This document shows positions 36,792 through 45,782 of a stretch of 60,734 nt of DNA, in pieces. Source of the stretch: a virus (taxonomy: Duplodnaviria > Caudoviricetes); IMG/VR virus record IMGVR_UViG_3300042350_001432, positions 1-60,734 of that record; one strand, 5' to 3'. Under the pieces are notes generated by a model. The model saw nothing but the letters and a program-made list of their open reading frames with translations, did no database searches and had not been told where the DNA came from. How positions within the stretch are numbered: the stretch's first letter is position 1; the number at the start of each line of letters is the position of its first letter. The position numbers and the translations under genes were made by a program.

Positions 36792-37034
36792 TCAAAAAAT
36801 TTCGTTCAAACGCATGATGTTTGAAGCGATTTCCTTATTGTCGCCGGCAAGAGCCGCAGCCTCACGCACGATCACTGGCGCAACAACCGACAAAGCCCTC
36901 TGAGCCGCTAAGCGACAGAAATGCCTATCCTTTTCGCTTGCCTTCGTCGTGAAGGCGGCGGGGTTGATTGCCTTTGCTATCGCGTCAACCAGATCTTCAA
37001 TCGTTTCAATCTGGTCGTCTGAGATCACGGTCAT
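36792..37034 (-). CDS. Hypothetical protein
   Basis: TAATG coupling with the upstream gene. Confidence 0.6.
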   Translation of the reverse strand: MTVISDDQIETIEDLVDAIAKAINPAAFTTKASEKDRHFCRLAAQRALSVVAPVIVREAAALAGDNKEIASNIMRLNEIF

Positions 37035-37405
37035 TACAGATCTTGCAAAGCCAAAACCTGAACCGACTTTCCCTTTTGATCTGTCAGGCAGGACACAGCT
37101 TTAGGCCCCATACGGTTGGCAAAATACGACCCAATGTCGCGGGAAACCACGCGGGGATCGTATTGACCGCAGTCAATAACCTTTACATCGCCAGCCTTCA
37201 TGTTTTTCATACACGGCAGGAAAACGTCGCGCGTTTCCAAACGATGATACTGAGGCAATTTGCGCACATATTTCGCATCGCGCCGCTCCTTTACCTCAAG
37301 GTCGCCATATTCAAGGCCGCACGATGTGATCACTTTGTATTTTGCGCCAAGCAAATTCAGCACCCTGACTGCTTCGTCAAGCTTCCTCTTTTGAATTTCC
37401 AACAT
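37034..37405 (-). CDS. Hypothetical protein
   Basis: RBS CGAAAGGAGCAAA. Confidence 0.7.
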   Translation of the reverse strand: MLEIQKRKLDEAVRVLNLLGAKYKVITSCGLEYGDLEVKERRDAKYVRKLPQYHRLETRDVFLPCMKNMKAGDVKVIDCGQYDPRVVSRDIGSYFANRMGPKAVSCLTDQKGKSVQVLALQDL

Positions 37406-37426
37406 GTTTTGCTCCTTTCGATAAGA

Positions 37427-37639
37427 TTAATTGTCTTCGTCAAACCCCTTTGGCCTAAACCCCGTAAGCAACGCCTCAACTGCAACCGACGTCGGACCCG
37501 GCACGGGGCACTCCCCGCTTTCGTAGCGCCGGATCGTCCGGTCTGAGCCCTTACCCATACGCAAGGCTCTAGCCATCTGCGGGGCTGTCATGCCCAACGC
37601 ACCACGCGCTGATGCGAAATCCTCTTTTGTCTGCTTCAT
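37427..37639 (-). CDS. XRE/Cro-like HTH regulator
   Basis: F..AR..LGMT..QMA.AL....RTIRRYESG..PVP; ATG 37639 with GGAG SD. Confidence 0.8.
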   Translation of the reverse strand: MKQTKEDFASARGALGMTAPQMARALRMGKGSDRTIRRYESGECPVPGPTSVAVEALLTGFRPKGFDEDN

Positions 37640-37734
37640 TCTGGCTCCAATCGTTGCTGACTTACCACATGTCGAAATGTTGGGTATTTTCCTCATGTCG
37701 AAAACACGCAGCCGTTGTGGCGGCTAGCCGCAAT

Positions 37735-37810
37735 TGGGTACGGGCACCTCGCCCTGCGTGTCAACAGCATTTTTTTGGCTTGACGGAAAAATCTCAGGGC
37801 GTATTGTCCT
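37735..37810. promoter_or_regulatory. Divergent promoters, each with an operator variant
   Basis: Minus strand: TTGACA cgc AGGGC gaggt GCCCG. Plus strand: TTGACG-16-TATTGT overlapped by AGGGC gtatt GTCCT. Confidence 0.7.
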
Positions 37811-37869
37811 GTCACTTTGCATCTACGGTGACGGTGCCAGATAGTATCGTATTGTTATTAAGGGAAAAT

Positions 37870-38625
37870 ATGACAAACCCATTCCAAAAGCACGGGATAG
37901 AGCATCTGTCTCCATCAACGTGCAACCTGTTCACGTCGTCACCGGCTACCTTTGTCATGAAGAAGTGCCTTAAGATGTCGTCTCCTGTCGGCCCCGCCGC
38001 CTATCGCGGCACGGCGGTTGAGGATGGCGTTGCGCACGGCCTGTTTGATTTGTCAGCGCCGTTGGCTGAATGCACAAAGATTGCGCTCGACAAGTTCAAC
38101 GCGCTGGCGTCGTTTATCAGTGGGGAGAAGGTCGATAAGGAACGCAAGGCGATCCCTGACATGGTGGAGATGGGCCTGCGCGAACTGCGCAGCTACGGAA
38201 CGCCTTCGTCTGCTCAGGGCGCTATTACGTTGAACTTTGACGGTCTGCTGGTTCCCATGATCGGCTTCTATGACTTTGAGTGGGAGCAGCATGGCATGCT
38301 AACTGACTTGAAGACGAGCCATGCGCTGCCAAGCAAGATCAGCCACCCGCATGCTCGTCAGGTGGCCCTCTACCGCGCTGCAAGGGGCGACAACCTGTCG
38401 GCGCGCGTTACCTACATCACGCCCAAGAAACACGCCACATATGCCCTTGAGAACGCCCGTGAGCATGTCGAGGCGCTTGGCAAGATTGGTATGACGATCC
38501 AGCGCTTTCTGTCCCTGAGCGACGACCCTAAGGAGCTTGCCTCTTTCGTCGCCCCTGACACTGAGAGCTTTTATTTTAATGACCCGGTTTCGCGCCAACA
38601 GGCGTTTGAGATCTGGGGCATTTAA
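37870..38625 (+). CDS. PD-(D/E)XK family exonuclease
   Basis: HLSPS...RGTAV...G.YD...DLKT...RQVALY motifs; likely start ATG 37870. Confidence 0.8.
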   Translation: MTNPFQKHGIEHLSPSTCNLFTSSPATFVMKKCLKMSSPVGPAAYRGTAVEDGVAHGLFDLSAPLAECTKIALDKFNALASFISGEKVDKERKAIPDMVEMGLRELRSYGTPSSAQGAITLNFDGLLVPMIGFYDFEWEQHGMLTDLKTSHALPSKISHPHARQVALYRAARGDNLSARVTYITPKKHATYALENAREHVEALGKIGMTIQRFLSLSDDPKELASFVAPDTESFYFNDPVSRQQAFEIWGI

Positions 38626-38691
38626 CCAGTTTCCGCACAATGCGGGAAAGCAAGGTGACTGGCTAAACAGCACCATAAGAGGAAAACGAAA

Positions 38692-39363
38692 ATGGCTTTT
38701 GGCTTCAACTACGAATCGTCTGCTGGCGACATCATTCCCATCGTCAAGTTTGACGCACGGGCTGGGCGGTTCTTCCGCATCGACCGCAGCGATGGGGTGA
38801 ACAACCCCGTGGACATCACTTCGTCCTTCAAGGCCGTCATGGACTTTGAGAACATCGAAGTGGGCTTCATCCACTTCCCTGCCGGATCAGCGCCCGAATT
38901 CAAGGTTGCGCCGATTGGCCAGCCCATGCCCGAAAACCCCGGCGGTAAGTTCCGTCAGGGCATCCGCATGATGCTGAAGCTGGGCAAGGATTGCGGCGGC
39001 GACGTCCGCGAAATTGCTTCAACGGCAAAGGCCGTGCTGGGCGCTTTCGACACCTGCCACACAGAGTATATGGCCGGCGTTAAGGCCAATCCGGGCAAGC
39101 TCCCAGTCGTCTCTCTTTCAACCACGGTTCCGATTGTCACGCAGGGCCGTGACGAAAAGGGCAACGCCGTGAAGACGACTAACTACGCCCCGGTGTTCAA
39201 GATCACTGGCTGGGTTGATCGTCCTGCGGATCTTGTGTTCACGCCCAAGAACGGCAGCGCCGCTCCTGCGCCTGCTCCGGCGGCTCCGGTGTCGGCTCCT
39301 TCGACGGGTTCAACGCTGGTGACCGCGCCTGCTTTGACGTTGTTGGACGACGACTTCGGCTAA
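38692..39363 (+). CDS. Putative ssDNA-binding protein
   Basis: Follows the exonuclease; Pro/Ala linker and acidic DDDFG tail. Confidence 0.6.
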   Translation: MAFGFNYESSAGDIIPIVKFDARAGRFFRIDRSDGVNNPVDITSSFKAVMDFENIEVGFIHFPAGSAPEFKVAPIGQPMPENPGGKFRQGIRMMLKLGKDCGGDVREIASTAKAVLGAFDTCHTEYMAGVKANPGKLPVVSLSTTVPIVTQGRDEKGNAVKTTNYAPVFKITGWVDRPADLVFTPKNGSAAPAPAPAAPVSAPSTGSTLVTAPALTLLDDDFG

Positions 39364-39419
39364 TGGACAGAGCGGTGGGCGGGGTGCTATGCCTCGCCCA
39401 CCACTTTGAAGGTATCGCT

Positions 39420-39665
39420 ATGAGATTTCAGATTACAATGAACATGCCGTCGCGAAGCGGGAACTCGGTCCACCAGATCATTGGCGAACACCCAGCCAAA
39501 AGCTTGGAAGAGTTGACAGCGGCCTTGGCCCACTCCGACTTCATCATTGTCGATGAGATCTACAAGGACAATGAGGCGATGAGGGGTGCGGGTAATTTCT
39601 ACAGCGTCGGCAAGATTGCCATCAACCCATTGTTCATTGGCAAGGTGAAGGTCCTTCAGCAATGA
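39420..39665 (+). CDS. Hypothetical protein
   Basis: MRFQITMNMPSR..., in operon context. Confidence 0.65.
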   Translation: MRFQITMNMPSRSGNSVHQIIGEHPAKSLEELTAALAHSDFIIVDEIYKDNEAMRGAGNFYSVGKIAINPLFIGKVKVLQQ

Positions 39666-39946
39666 CGCCGCCAAAAAACATACCGCCAAACGCTTATTGG
39701 CAGTGCATGCCGGAAGAAGCGTTTGAGGATCCTATTAAGCCCGACATAATCAACCCTGACCATTATAAGGTCGGCGGCATTGAGACGATTGACTACCTGC
39801 GGGCCAAATTGACTCAGCAAGAGTTTGCCGGCTACTGCCGTGGCAACGCGCTAAAGTATCTGAGCCGCACCGGCCACAAGGACGATGCCGCGCAGGAGAT
39901 TGGCAAGGCTATTTGGTATCTAGAGCGTTTGCGGGACGTGCTGTGA
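39662..39946 (+). CDS. DUF3310 (SaV-like) protein
   Basis: INPDHY..GGIETID...GNALKY..R...K...KA.WYL. Confidence 0.88.
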   Translation: MTPPKNIPPNAYWQCMPEEAFEDPIKPDIINPDHYKVGGIETIDYLRAKLTQQEFAGYCRGNALKYLSRTGHKDDAAQEIGKAIWYLERLRDVL

Positions 39947-40023
39947 TGCCTGACCCGCTTCTGTTCTGGACGGTAATCGCGCTGATTGTGGTGACCATCT
40001 ACATACTAGTCACTGGCAAGTAG
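39946..40023 (+). CDS. Small membrane peptide (25 aa)
   Basis: MPDPLLFWTVIALIVVTIYILVTGK; TGATG coupling. Confidence 0.4.
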   Translation: MPDPLLFWTVIALIVVTIYILVTGK

Positions 40024-40030
40024 CCAAGCC

Positions 40031-40234
40031 TTACATCAATTCGGCGACTGCCGCGATCAGGGCGGCAACCGCTGCAAATGCAACGACGCCCTTGTTTTTT
40101 ACGTTCATCAGCTTTTCCATCAGTGAGCGCTGAGGCGGGTGGGGGTCGCCGATCACACCCTTGGTGACCTTGTTGACGACAATCTTCTCGGCCTCTTTCT
40201 TGGCAGCGTTGAGCGCCGTTTTCTTCAGGTCCAT
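40031..40234 (-). CDS. Lysis-region protein with C-terminal TM helix
   Basis: SD aaggag; GVVAFAAVAALIAAV terminus. Confidence 0.65.
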   Translation of the reverse strand: MDLKKTALNAAKKEAEKIVVNKVTKGVIGDPHPPQRSLMEKLMNVKNKGVVAFAAVAALIAAVAELM

Positions 40235-40244
40235 GATAATCTCC

Positions 40245-40508
40245 TTACTTAGATTTGCTTTCGATGACGCCAACGCGCACCTTCAAGTCGTTGATCTCGC
40301 CCGTCAGATGCTCACGTAAATCCGCTCTGGCCCTTGCCGAAAGCGGGCTGTCCGTGGGTACGCCGTCTGGCGTGATAAGGACAGGCATCGACGCTTCGAT
40401 CTTGGTCAGCCGGGTTTCAAACGTATTCACCTGCCCCAGCAGCCACGCAATGCAGGCAATCAGGATGGGCACAGCGCCCTTCAGGATGTCGCCCCAGTTG
40501 ACGTTCAT
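40245..40508 (-). CDS. Lysis-region membrane protein (holin-like)
   Basis: N-terminal TM plus coiled coil; ATGA overlap with the endolysin. Confidence 0.6.
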   Translation of the reverse strand: MNVNWGDILKGAVPILIACIAWLLGQVNTFETRLTKIEASMPVLITPDGVPTDSPLSARARADLREHLTGEINDLKVRVGVIESKSK

Positions 40509-41119
40509 GGCAGCCACCCAGCGAACTTCTTGGTCTTCATCTTGCGGTCATCCAGACCATGGGTGCCACCATTGATGCGCTTTGTGAGGGCAAGGATGGC
40601 AGCGTCGTTGATACCTTGGTCGCAGATGCTCCAGAGCTTGTTCTTGTCGAAGAACCAAAGGGCGCTTTCGAAGCAAAGTTCAGTGGCCACAAGGTTCGGA
40701 TTATCCACCACATCCGGGCGGTCGATGTAGTCCGCAAACGCTTCGTAGTTCGACTTGCCCGTCAACTGGAGCGCCCCGCGACCGCGATACTTCCACCCGT
40801 CGCCAGACGCCTCGACGCTGTTACCCATGCGGCTGGCATAGACGCGGTTGGCGATCTTCTGCGGCTGGCGCTCATACGCCTTGGCCATAGCGTCGGTCGG
40901 GAAATATTTGCCAAAGATACCGCGCAACCCCTTAGCGCCATAGTTCAAGTTCTCACTGAACGCCGTGAAGTTGCCGCTCTCGTGCGCCGTCTGGGCAAAG
41001 AAGTGGGCGGCGCGGTTCTTGTTCAGCTTGTAGTAGGCAGCGGCGGCTTTGAGTGTACCGGGGCCGAACGCGCCATCAGCGGTGACGCCGATCTTCTGTT
41101 GAAGGTTTACGAGGCTCAT
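40505..41119 (-). CDS. Endolysin, glycoside hydrolase family 19, with N-terminal PG-binding stub
   Basis: ADG.FGPGT; HFFAQTAHESG; DGWKYRGRG.LQLTGK.NY; INGG..GL. Confidence 0.92.
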   Translation of the reverse strand: MSLVNLQQKIGVTADGAFGPGTLKAAAAYYKLNKNRAAHFFAQTAHESGNFTAFSENLNYGAKGLRGIFGKYFPTDAMAKAYERQPQKIANRVYASRMGNSVEASGDGWKYRGRGALQLTGKSNYEAFADYIDRPDVVDNPNLVATELCFESALWFFDKNKLWSICDQGINDAAILALTKRINGGTHGLDDRKMKTKKFAGWLP

Positions 41120-41274
41120 TTCTTGTTCCACAGATCAAAGAGCGCCTTGACCTTCTCCTCAACCACGGCGAGGCGAACGTCCATCTTGGCAAGAATAATC
41201 ACCAGCGAAATGAACGCCAGAACAATCGGCCAAAGCTGACCGATCAGTTCAACGGTGGAGAGATTGCCAGCCAT
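41116..41274 (-). CDS. Small membrane protein (holin-like, 52 aa)
   Basis: Hand translation MAGNLSTVELIGQLWPIVLAFISLVIILAKMDVRLAVVEEKVK...; overlapping start/stop on both sides. Confidence 0.7.
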   Translation of the reverse strand: MAGNLSTVELIGQLWPIVLAFISLVIILAKMDVRLAVVEEKVKALFDLWNKK

Positions 41275-41741
41275 TACCGCCCCGCGCTTCGCCAATCTGG
41301 GAAGTCGTTTTCGTCAACCACGCCGTCGCCGTTGGCGTCATAGCGCAGATCGTTGCGGTACTTCTCCCACGGGGCCATGTCATCGTCTTCGTCGGCCTCA
41401 GGCTCCGGCGCAGCAGCCATAGGCTCAGGCTCAGGTGCTGGCAGCGGCTCAGGCTCGACCGGAGTGGGCTCCGCCGGCTTCGCGTCACGCGCATTAGCAT
41501 TGAGGCTCAGGCCACCCAGAAGGCCGACGAAGGCACCGATGACCATGTTGAACGCAGGGCCGACGATCTCGAACACCTTGTCGCTGTCTACCACGTCATT
41601 GGACGCGAACAGGCCGGCGACCAGTGCGGCCACGACGACCAGCACGACGCAGGCCAGTGTGATTACCGCCACGCGGATCGTGAACTCGACCGTGTCTTCA
41701 ATGCCTTCGCGGCTGCTTTCAAAGCGATCCCAGAAGCTCAT
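41274..41741 (-). CDS. Two-TM membrane protein with Pro/Glu linker and EF-hand-like tail
   Basis: Two hydrophobic helices; DANGDGVVDENDF. Confidence 0.7.
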   Translation of the reverse strand: MSFWDRFESSREGIEDTVEFTIRVAVITLACVVLVVVAALVAGLFASNDVVDSDKVFEIVGPAFNMVIGAFVGLLGGLSLNANARDAKPAEPTPVEPEPLPAPEPEPMAAAPEPEADEDDDMAPWEKYRNDLRYDANGDGVVDENDFPDWRSAGR

Positions 41742-41742
41742 G

Positions 41743-41910
41743 TCAGTTAACCTTCAACAAGATGCCAACAAGCAGCATGATGATTGTGCCAACAGCGCCA
41801 ATACCAATATTTTCAAGACGTTTCAAACGAGCGCAGATGCCATCGTAGCGCAAGGCGCAGACGGCCTCATGCGTGGTCAGGCGGGCTTCGGTTTGGTCGA
41901 TTTCGGCCAT
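41743..41910 (-). CDS. Small coiled-coil plus TM protein (55 aa)
   Basis: Hand translation MAEIDQTEARLTTHEAVCALRYDGICARLKRLENIGIGAVGTIIMLLVGILLKVN. Confidence 0.7.
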   Translation of the reverse strand: MAEIDQTEARLTTHEAVCALRYDGICARLKRLENIGIGAVGTIIMLLVGILLKVN

Positions 41911-41923
41911 TTAAGAGCTTACC

Positions 41924-43345
41924 TTACCACGTGGAGAGTGCTACCCGCTTCCATGTGTTAGTAGCGGTACACACATAAATATAGTTGCTGTCCCAAGTAA
42001 TCGTTCCTGCGGCCCCGGTAGCTGACGCACTGGCCGGCGTGGAAGAGGTGCTAAATATTACAGTCCCAGACAAGCTTGACCCAGTGCCGTCGCATAGAAT
42101 ACGTTGCGTATTGTTGGCTGAAATTTGAGTTTGACTACTCGTAGCAGCAAATACGTTTACTCCACCAGCGGCAAAATTAATTGCGGTTCCGGACCGGTAC
42201 ATGCCCATATTTGTTGCGCCGGTAAAGAAGATTGACGGGGCAGAAACTGAGCCGTCGTTGGCCGAGAACGTGCCGGAAGCGCTGGTGGCGTTGATGGTAA
42301 CTGCGCCCGTAGAACCTGAGATGGTTACGTTTGTACCAGCGACGATGCTGGTGACGCCTGTGTTGCTAACGACCACTGCGCCGGTTGTGGGGCTGACCGA
42401 AATACCAGCGCCAGAACCCGATACGCTGGATACCGCGCCGCCACCTGACGGGGCCTGAGAAACCCAAGCAGATCCGTTGGACGTAAGCACATTGCCTGCG
42501 GTGCTGGGAGACACTGACGTAACAGCCGACGTGCCAGCGCCAATCAGGACGGCACCTGAAGTAAGCGATGTGGTGCCAGTGCCCCCGCCTTGAACGCCAA
42601 GGGTGCCACTAAGGGTCAGAGTGCCGGAAGTAGTGATTGGGCCGCCAGTAAAGGAAAGCCCGCTGATAGCCGTGCTTGCGTTGACGCTGGTTACCGTGCC
42701 ACCGCCACCGGCAGTGGCGTCGATAGTGATGCTGCCAGCGCCGTTGGTGATGGTAATACCTGAGCCAGCGGTTAGCGTGGTCTTGGACAGTGTATTGCCG
42801 GTGCTGTTGCCAATCAGCAGTTGCCCATCGGTGTAGCTGGTCTGGCCTGTGCCGCCATTAACGACAGCAACGGCACCTGTAAGCTTCGAGGCGGCCAACG
42901 ACGTGATCCACGACGGGTTGGCGTAAGTAGAGCTAATCAGAGCGGCATTGGTTGTGCCAAAGCCAATATTGGTGCCGTCTGAAATAACACCGACCGTGTA
43001 ACCCTGCGGAAGAGTGGCGGTGCTTCCGCCGCTTGCCGAAGAAAAGATAATTGAAAACGCACCTGAGGTGTTATTAAAAATATACCAAAATCCACCTACA
43101 CTCGCTGGTAATTGATAATTGACGTTTGCGGTTAGTGTCCCTGTGATAACAATAATGGGCGCTTGATATTGCGATACTGTAAGCGTTACAGTTCCAGAAG
43201 CACCAACGGCGTTTATAGCTGTTGTACCGCCAAAAGCCTTATCGATGATGTCCCAGTCGCTGTTGACCGGCGTTGACCATGTATTGTTGTAGTCGCCGTT
43301 GGCTGGCTTTTCGATATTCTTGTTGGGGGTATACGAACTGACCAT
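41924..43345 (-). CDS. Tail fibre / tail accessory protein
   Basis: GGTG fibre repeats; C-terminal WDSNYIYVCTATNTWKR motif. Confidence 0.8.
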   Translation of the reverse strand: MVSSYTPNKNIEKPANGDYNNTWSTPVNSDWDIIDKAFGGTTAINAVGASGTVTLTVSQYQAPIIVITGTLTANVNYQLPASVGGFWYIFNNTSGAFSIIFSSASGGSTATLPQGYTVGVISDGTNIGFGTTNAALISSTYANPSWITSLAASKLTGAVAVVNGGTGQTSYTDGQLLIGNSTGNTLSKTTLTAGSGITITNGAGSITIDATAGGGGTVTSVNASTAISGLSFTGGPITTSGTLTLSGTLGVQGGGTGTTSLTSGAVLIGAGTSAVTSVSPSTAGNVLTSNGSAWVSQAPSGGGAVSSVSGSGAGISVSPTTGAVVVSNTGVTSIVAGTNVTISGSTGAVTINATSASGTFSANDGSVSAPSIFFTGATNMGMYRSGTAINFAAGGVNVFAATSSQTQISANNTQRILCDGTGSSLSGTVIFSTSSTPASASATGAAGTITWDSNYIYVCTATNTWKRVALSTW

Positions 43346-43355
43346 TTAAGCCTCC

Positions 43356-45773
43356 TCAGATAGCTTTTTGCGCGACAGCCAGAGCGTTCGCTATGGCGTC
43401 GTCGCGTTCATTCAGCAGAGGCTCCGTAGCCTTGTTCGACGTCTTTTTAGCCATTTTCGCCTTGTTCATCAAGGCCGCTACCAGCGGCTCAATGCCATTG
43501 ACCTTGCCGCCAGCCTTGTAGGCGGTGCGCCCGCCGTAAGCTTGGGGTTTCGGGCGCAGAGAGGCTTCATATTCTTCGGGCGAAACCACTTCAGGCAGGG
43601 CGGGTCCATTAGCCTGTGGCTGTTGGCGCAGGGACGCCTCGTACTCTTCGGGCGAAACCACTTCAGGCAGGGCGGGGGTCTGGGGCACCGTCTTTGGCGC
43701 TGGCGCTGCGGCGACAGGCGTCTGGTAATTGGTCTGGGCTGCGGTTGCGATGCCGCCGGCAACGGTAGCCGGGTTCCGCACGTCTGGCGCTTGAAAGAGA
43801 GGTGTGCGCGGCGCACCCGCAAATTCAGCCTGAGCAGCGCGGGTGGCAGCCATACGATCAAGGCCAGAGCGGACAGCGCCTGTAGCAGCGCCGCCGACCG
43901 CGCCGCCGACCAACCCCATTCCGGGCAGCCCGGTCGCGGCACCTATTGAATAGCCAGCAAGGTTGCCCACGCCAACCGATGGGATGTAGCGCTTGATGTT
44001 TTCTGCCATCGTTGGGACGGCGCTGTTGGGCGTGGCAGCAGGGGTTTGGACAATATTACGCGCCGCCTCCGTGCGCGCAATGGCGTCTGGGTCATATGGC
44101 GCTGGGGGCCTTGGGGGAGCATTTGGGCTTGCATCAGGAAGCCTTGGATACTGCGCACCAAGCCGGCTTGCGTTGCGCGCGTTAGCCCAATCTTTGGCCA
44201 TTGCAGCCCCATCGCCCGTGAAGTTAGGAGCGTTTTGGATCGTGTAGTTGTCGATGCCGCGATTGATAGCCGCAAGAACGGCTGCGTCGTCGCCTTGGGC
44301 ATTGGGGAAGTAGTTGTTGACGTTGCGGCGAACGGAGTCGATCCCCTCAGGGCTCAGGCGATTAGGCGAGGGCGGAATGTTTGCGCGATTGGAAACAGCG
44401 TTAAGATATTGAATTTTTGCAGGTGCCGTTACAGGCGTCCCGGCAGCATCAACCCATTGGCTCTTGCCATAATCAAAACTGTGCCTTGCCCCTGAAGCGT
44501 CGGCAGCGGTCAGTGGCTTTGCCCCGGCAAGATTGTCGAACTGATCAAAAACGCCGGGGAAGCCCTTTTCTCCCCGAAGGGCCTTTTGAGACTGCGAAAA
44601 GCGCACATTCCCCTGCACGTCAGCAAGGCTCAGGCCCATGGCAGACAGTTCATCTTCAATCGAACTTTTGACGCCAGTCGAAAAATCAGACGTGTTTGTA
44701 AAAACGCCGCGATGGCTTTTTGCTTGCTGATACGCGCCCTCTATGTTGTCTTGCATATTCTGTGCAAGGTTTTGGCCAGACCGACTACGAATATTCCCTT
44801 CGGCATCGACGTTGCCGGCCATCGCTCTTTCGCCGGTTGTCATGGACCGCGTTGCATCAATGCCTTGAGACTTTAATGCGGCCTCCCTGATCGCGGCTGG
44901 GCTGATGCCTTTCTCATTGATGACGCCCTGAACAACTTTGCGCATTTCAGGGCTGCTAAACAGCGCAGGATCTACACCGGCTTCCTTAAACGCCCGCTGC
45001 ATTTTAGGACTATAGTCGCCTGACTTGGTGAAGACAGTCGGCTTTACGCCAGCGGCCCTGAGGCCTGCACTGACGGCAGGCGCTACGGCCTTGACGCTTT
45101 TTGCAATGGCATAGGGCGCGATGTTTGTCGCAATGTTACCAGCCTTGGAAACACCCTCAATTACCTTGCCCGCCGCCGATATGGGCGCAAAAGCCGACGC
45201 TGCCATCTTTGCCCCTGCAAATTCGGGGAAAGGGGTAAGGATGGACATGGTTTCCATAGGGTGTTGCGTCAGGTTTCGCATAAGGGCGGCGCTGTCGGGC
45301 CGACGCACTCCGTCCTTATCGACGTAGCTGTAATGAGAGGCGAGCTTACCGTAATTTGCCTCTGCTTCTTGCCGCCACTTAGCAAGCTGGGACGGGCTCA
45401 TTCCCTTTTTCTCAGGCCACTTGCCGGTCTGCTCCTTTGTGCGGGCGTCGTAAATGCCGGCAAGCATGTCGCCAAGTTTGACAGCGCCTTTGTACGTCCC
45501 AACCGGATCCGTGACGACAGCCTTGCCGGCCCCGTACATGCCCTTGAGCATATCTCGCGTAAAATCCAAGGGGCGCGTGTTCTTCGCTACGTTGGAAATC
45601 CCTTCACTGAAGGAAAGATACGGAGCTGGAGCGTTGCGATTGAAAGTGCGCCTATCCGCAGGCTGGTTGACAACAGGGACGCCGTTAATCGTGTACGGAA
45701 CAGGGGCCTGAGGGGCTGCGTTCCACCAGTCGGAGACTATGTCACTTGTGCTGCGGTCTTTCTTTTCAGCCAC
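43356..45773 (-). CDS. Putative DNA ejection (internal virion) protein
   Basis: Follows the large ejection protein; Ala/Gly-rich hydrophobic stretch; duplicated PALPEVVSPEEYEASLR; AYGG and YKAGG near the C-terminus. Confidence 0.65.
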   Translation of the reverse strand: MAEKKDRSTSDIVSDWWNAAPQAPVPYTINGVPVVNQPADRRTFNRNAPAPYLSFSEGISNVAKNTRPLDFTRDMLKGMYGAGKAVVTDPVGTYKGAVKLGDMLAGIYDARTKEQTGKWPEKKGMSPSQLAKWRQEAEANYGKLASHYSYVDKDGVRRPDSAALMRNLTQHPMETMSILTPFPEFAGAKMAASAFAPISAAGKVIEGVSKAGNIATNIAPYAIAKSVKAVAPAVSAGLRAAGVKPTVFTKSGDYSPKMQRAFKEAGVDPALFSSPEMRKVVQGVINEKGISPAAIREAALKSQGIDATRSMTTGERAMAGNVDAEGNIRSRSGQNLAQNMQDNIEGAYQQAKSHRGVFTNTSDFSTGVKSSIEDELSAMGLSLADVQGNVRFSQSQKALRGEKGFPGVFDQFDNLAGAKPLTAADASGARHSFDYGKSQWVDAAGTPVTAPAKIQYLNAVSNRANIPPSPNRLSPEGIDSVRRNVNNYFPNAQGDDAAVLAAINRGIDNYTIQNAPNFTGDGAAMAKDWANARNASRLGAQYPRLPDASPNAPPRPPAPYDPDAIARTEAARNIVQTPAATPNSAVPTMAENIKRYIPSVGVGNLAGYSIGAATGLPGMGLVGGAVGGAATGAVRSGLDRMAATRAAQAEFAGAPRTPLFQAPDVRNPATVAGGIATAAQTNYQTPVAAAPAPKTVPQTPALPEVVSPEEYEASLRQQPQANGPALPEVVSPEEYEASLRPKPQAYGGRTAYKAGGKVNGIEPLVAALMNKAKMAKKTSNKATEPLLNERDDAIANALAVAQKAI

Positions 45774-45782
45774 AGGAGCCTC

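Noticed and set aside
37870-38625. Cas4 / CRISPR adaptation gene
   Set aside because: PD-(D/E)XK motifs are present but the C-terminal Cys cluster is not; the context is a recombination/SSB operon.
27000-40030. Prophage or lysogeny module
   Set aside because: HTH regulators and operators exist, but I saw no integrase, partition genes, att-like host junction or host genes.
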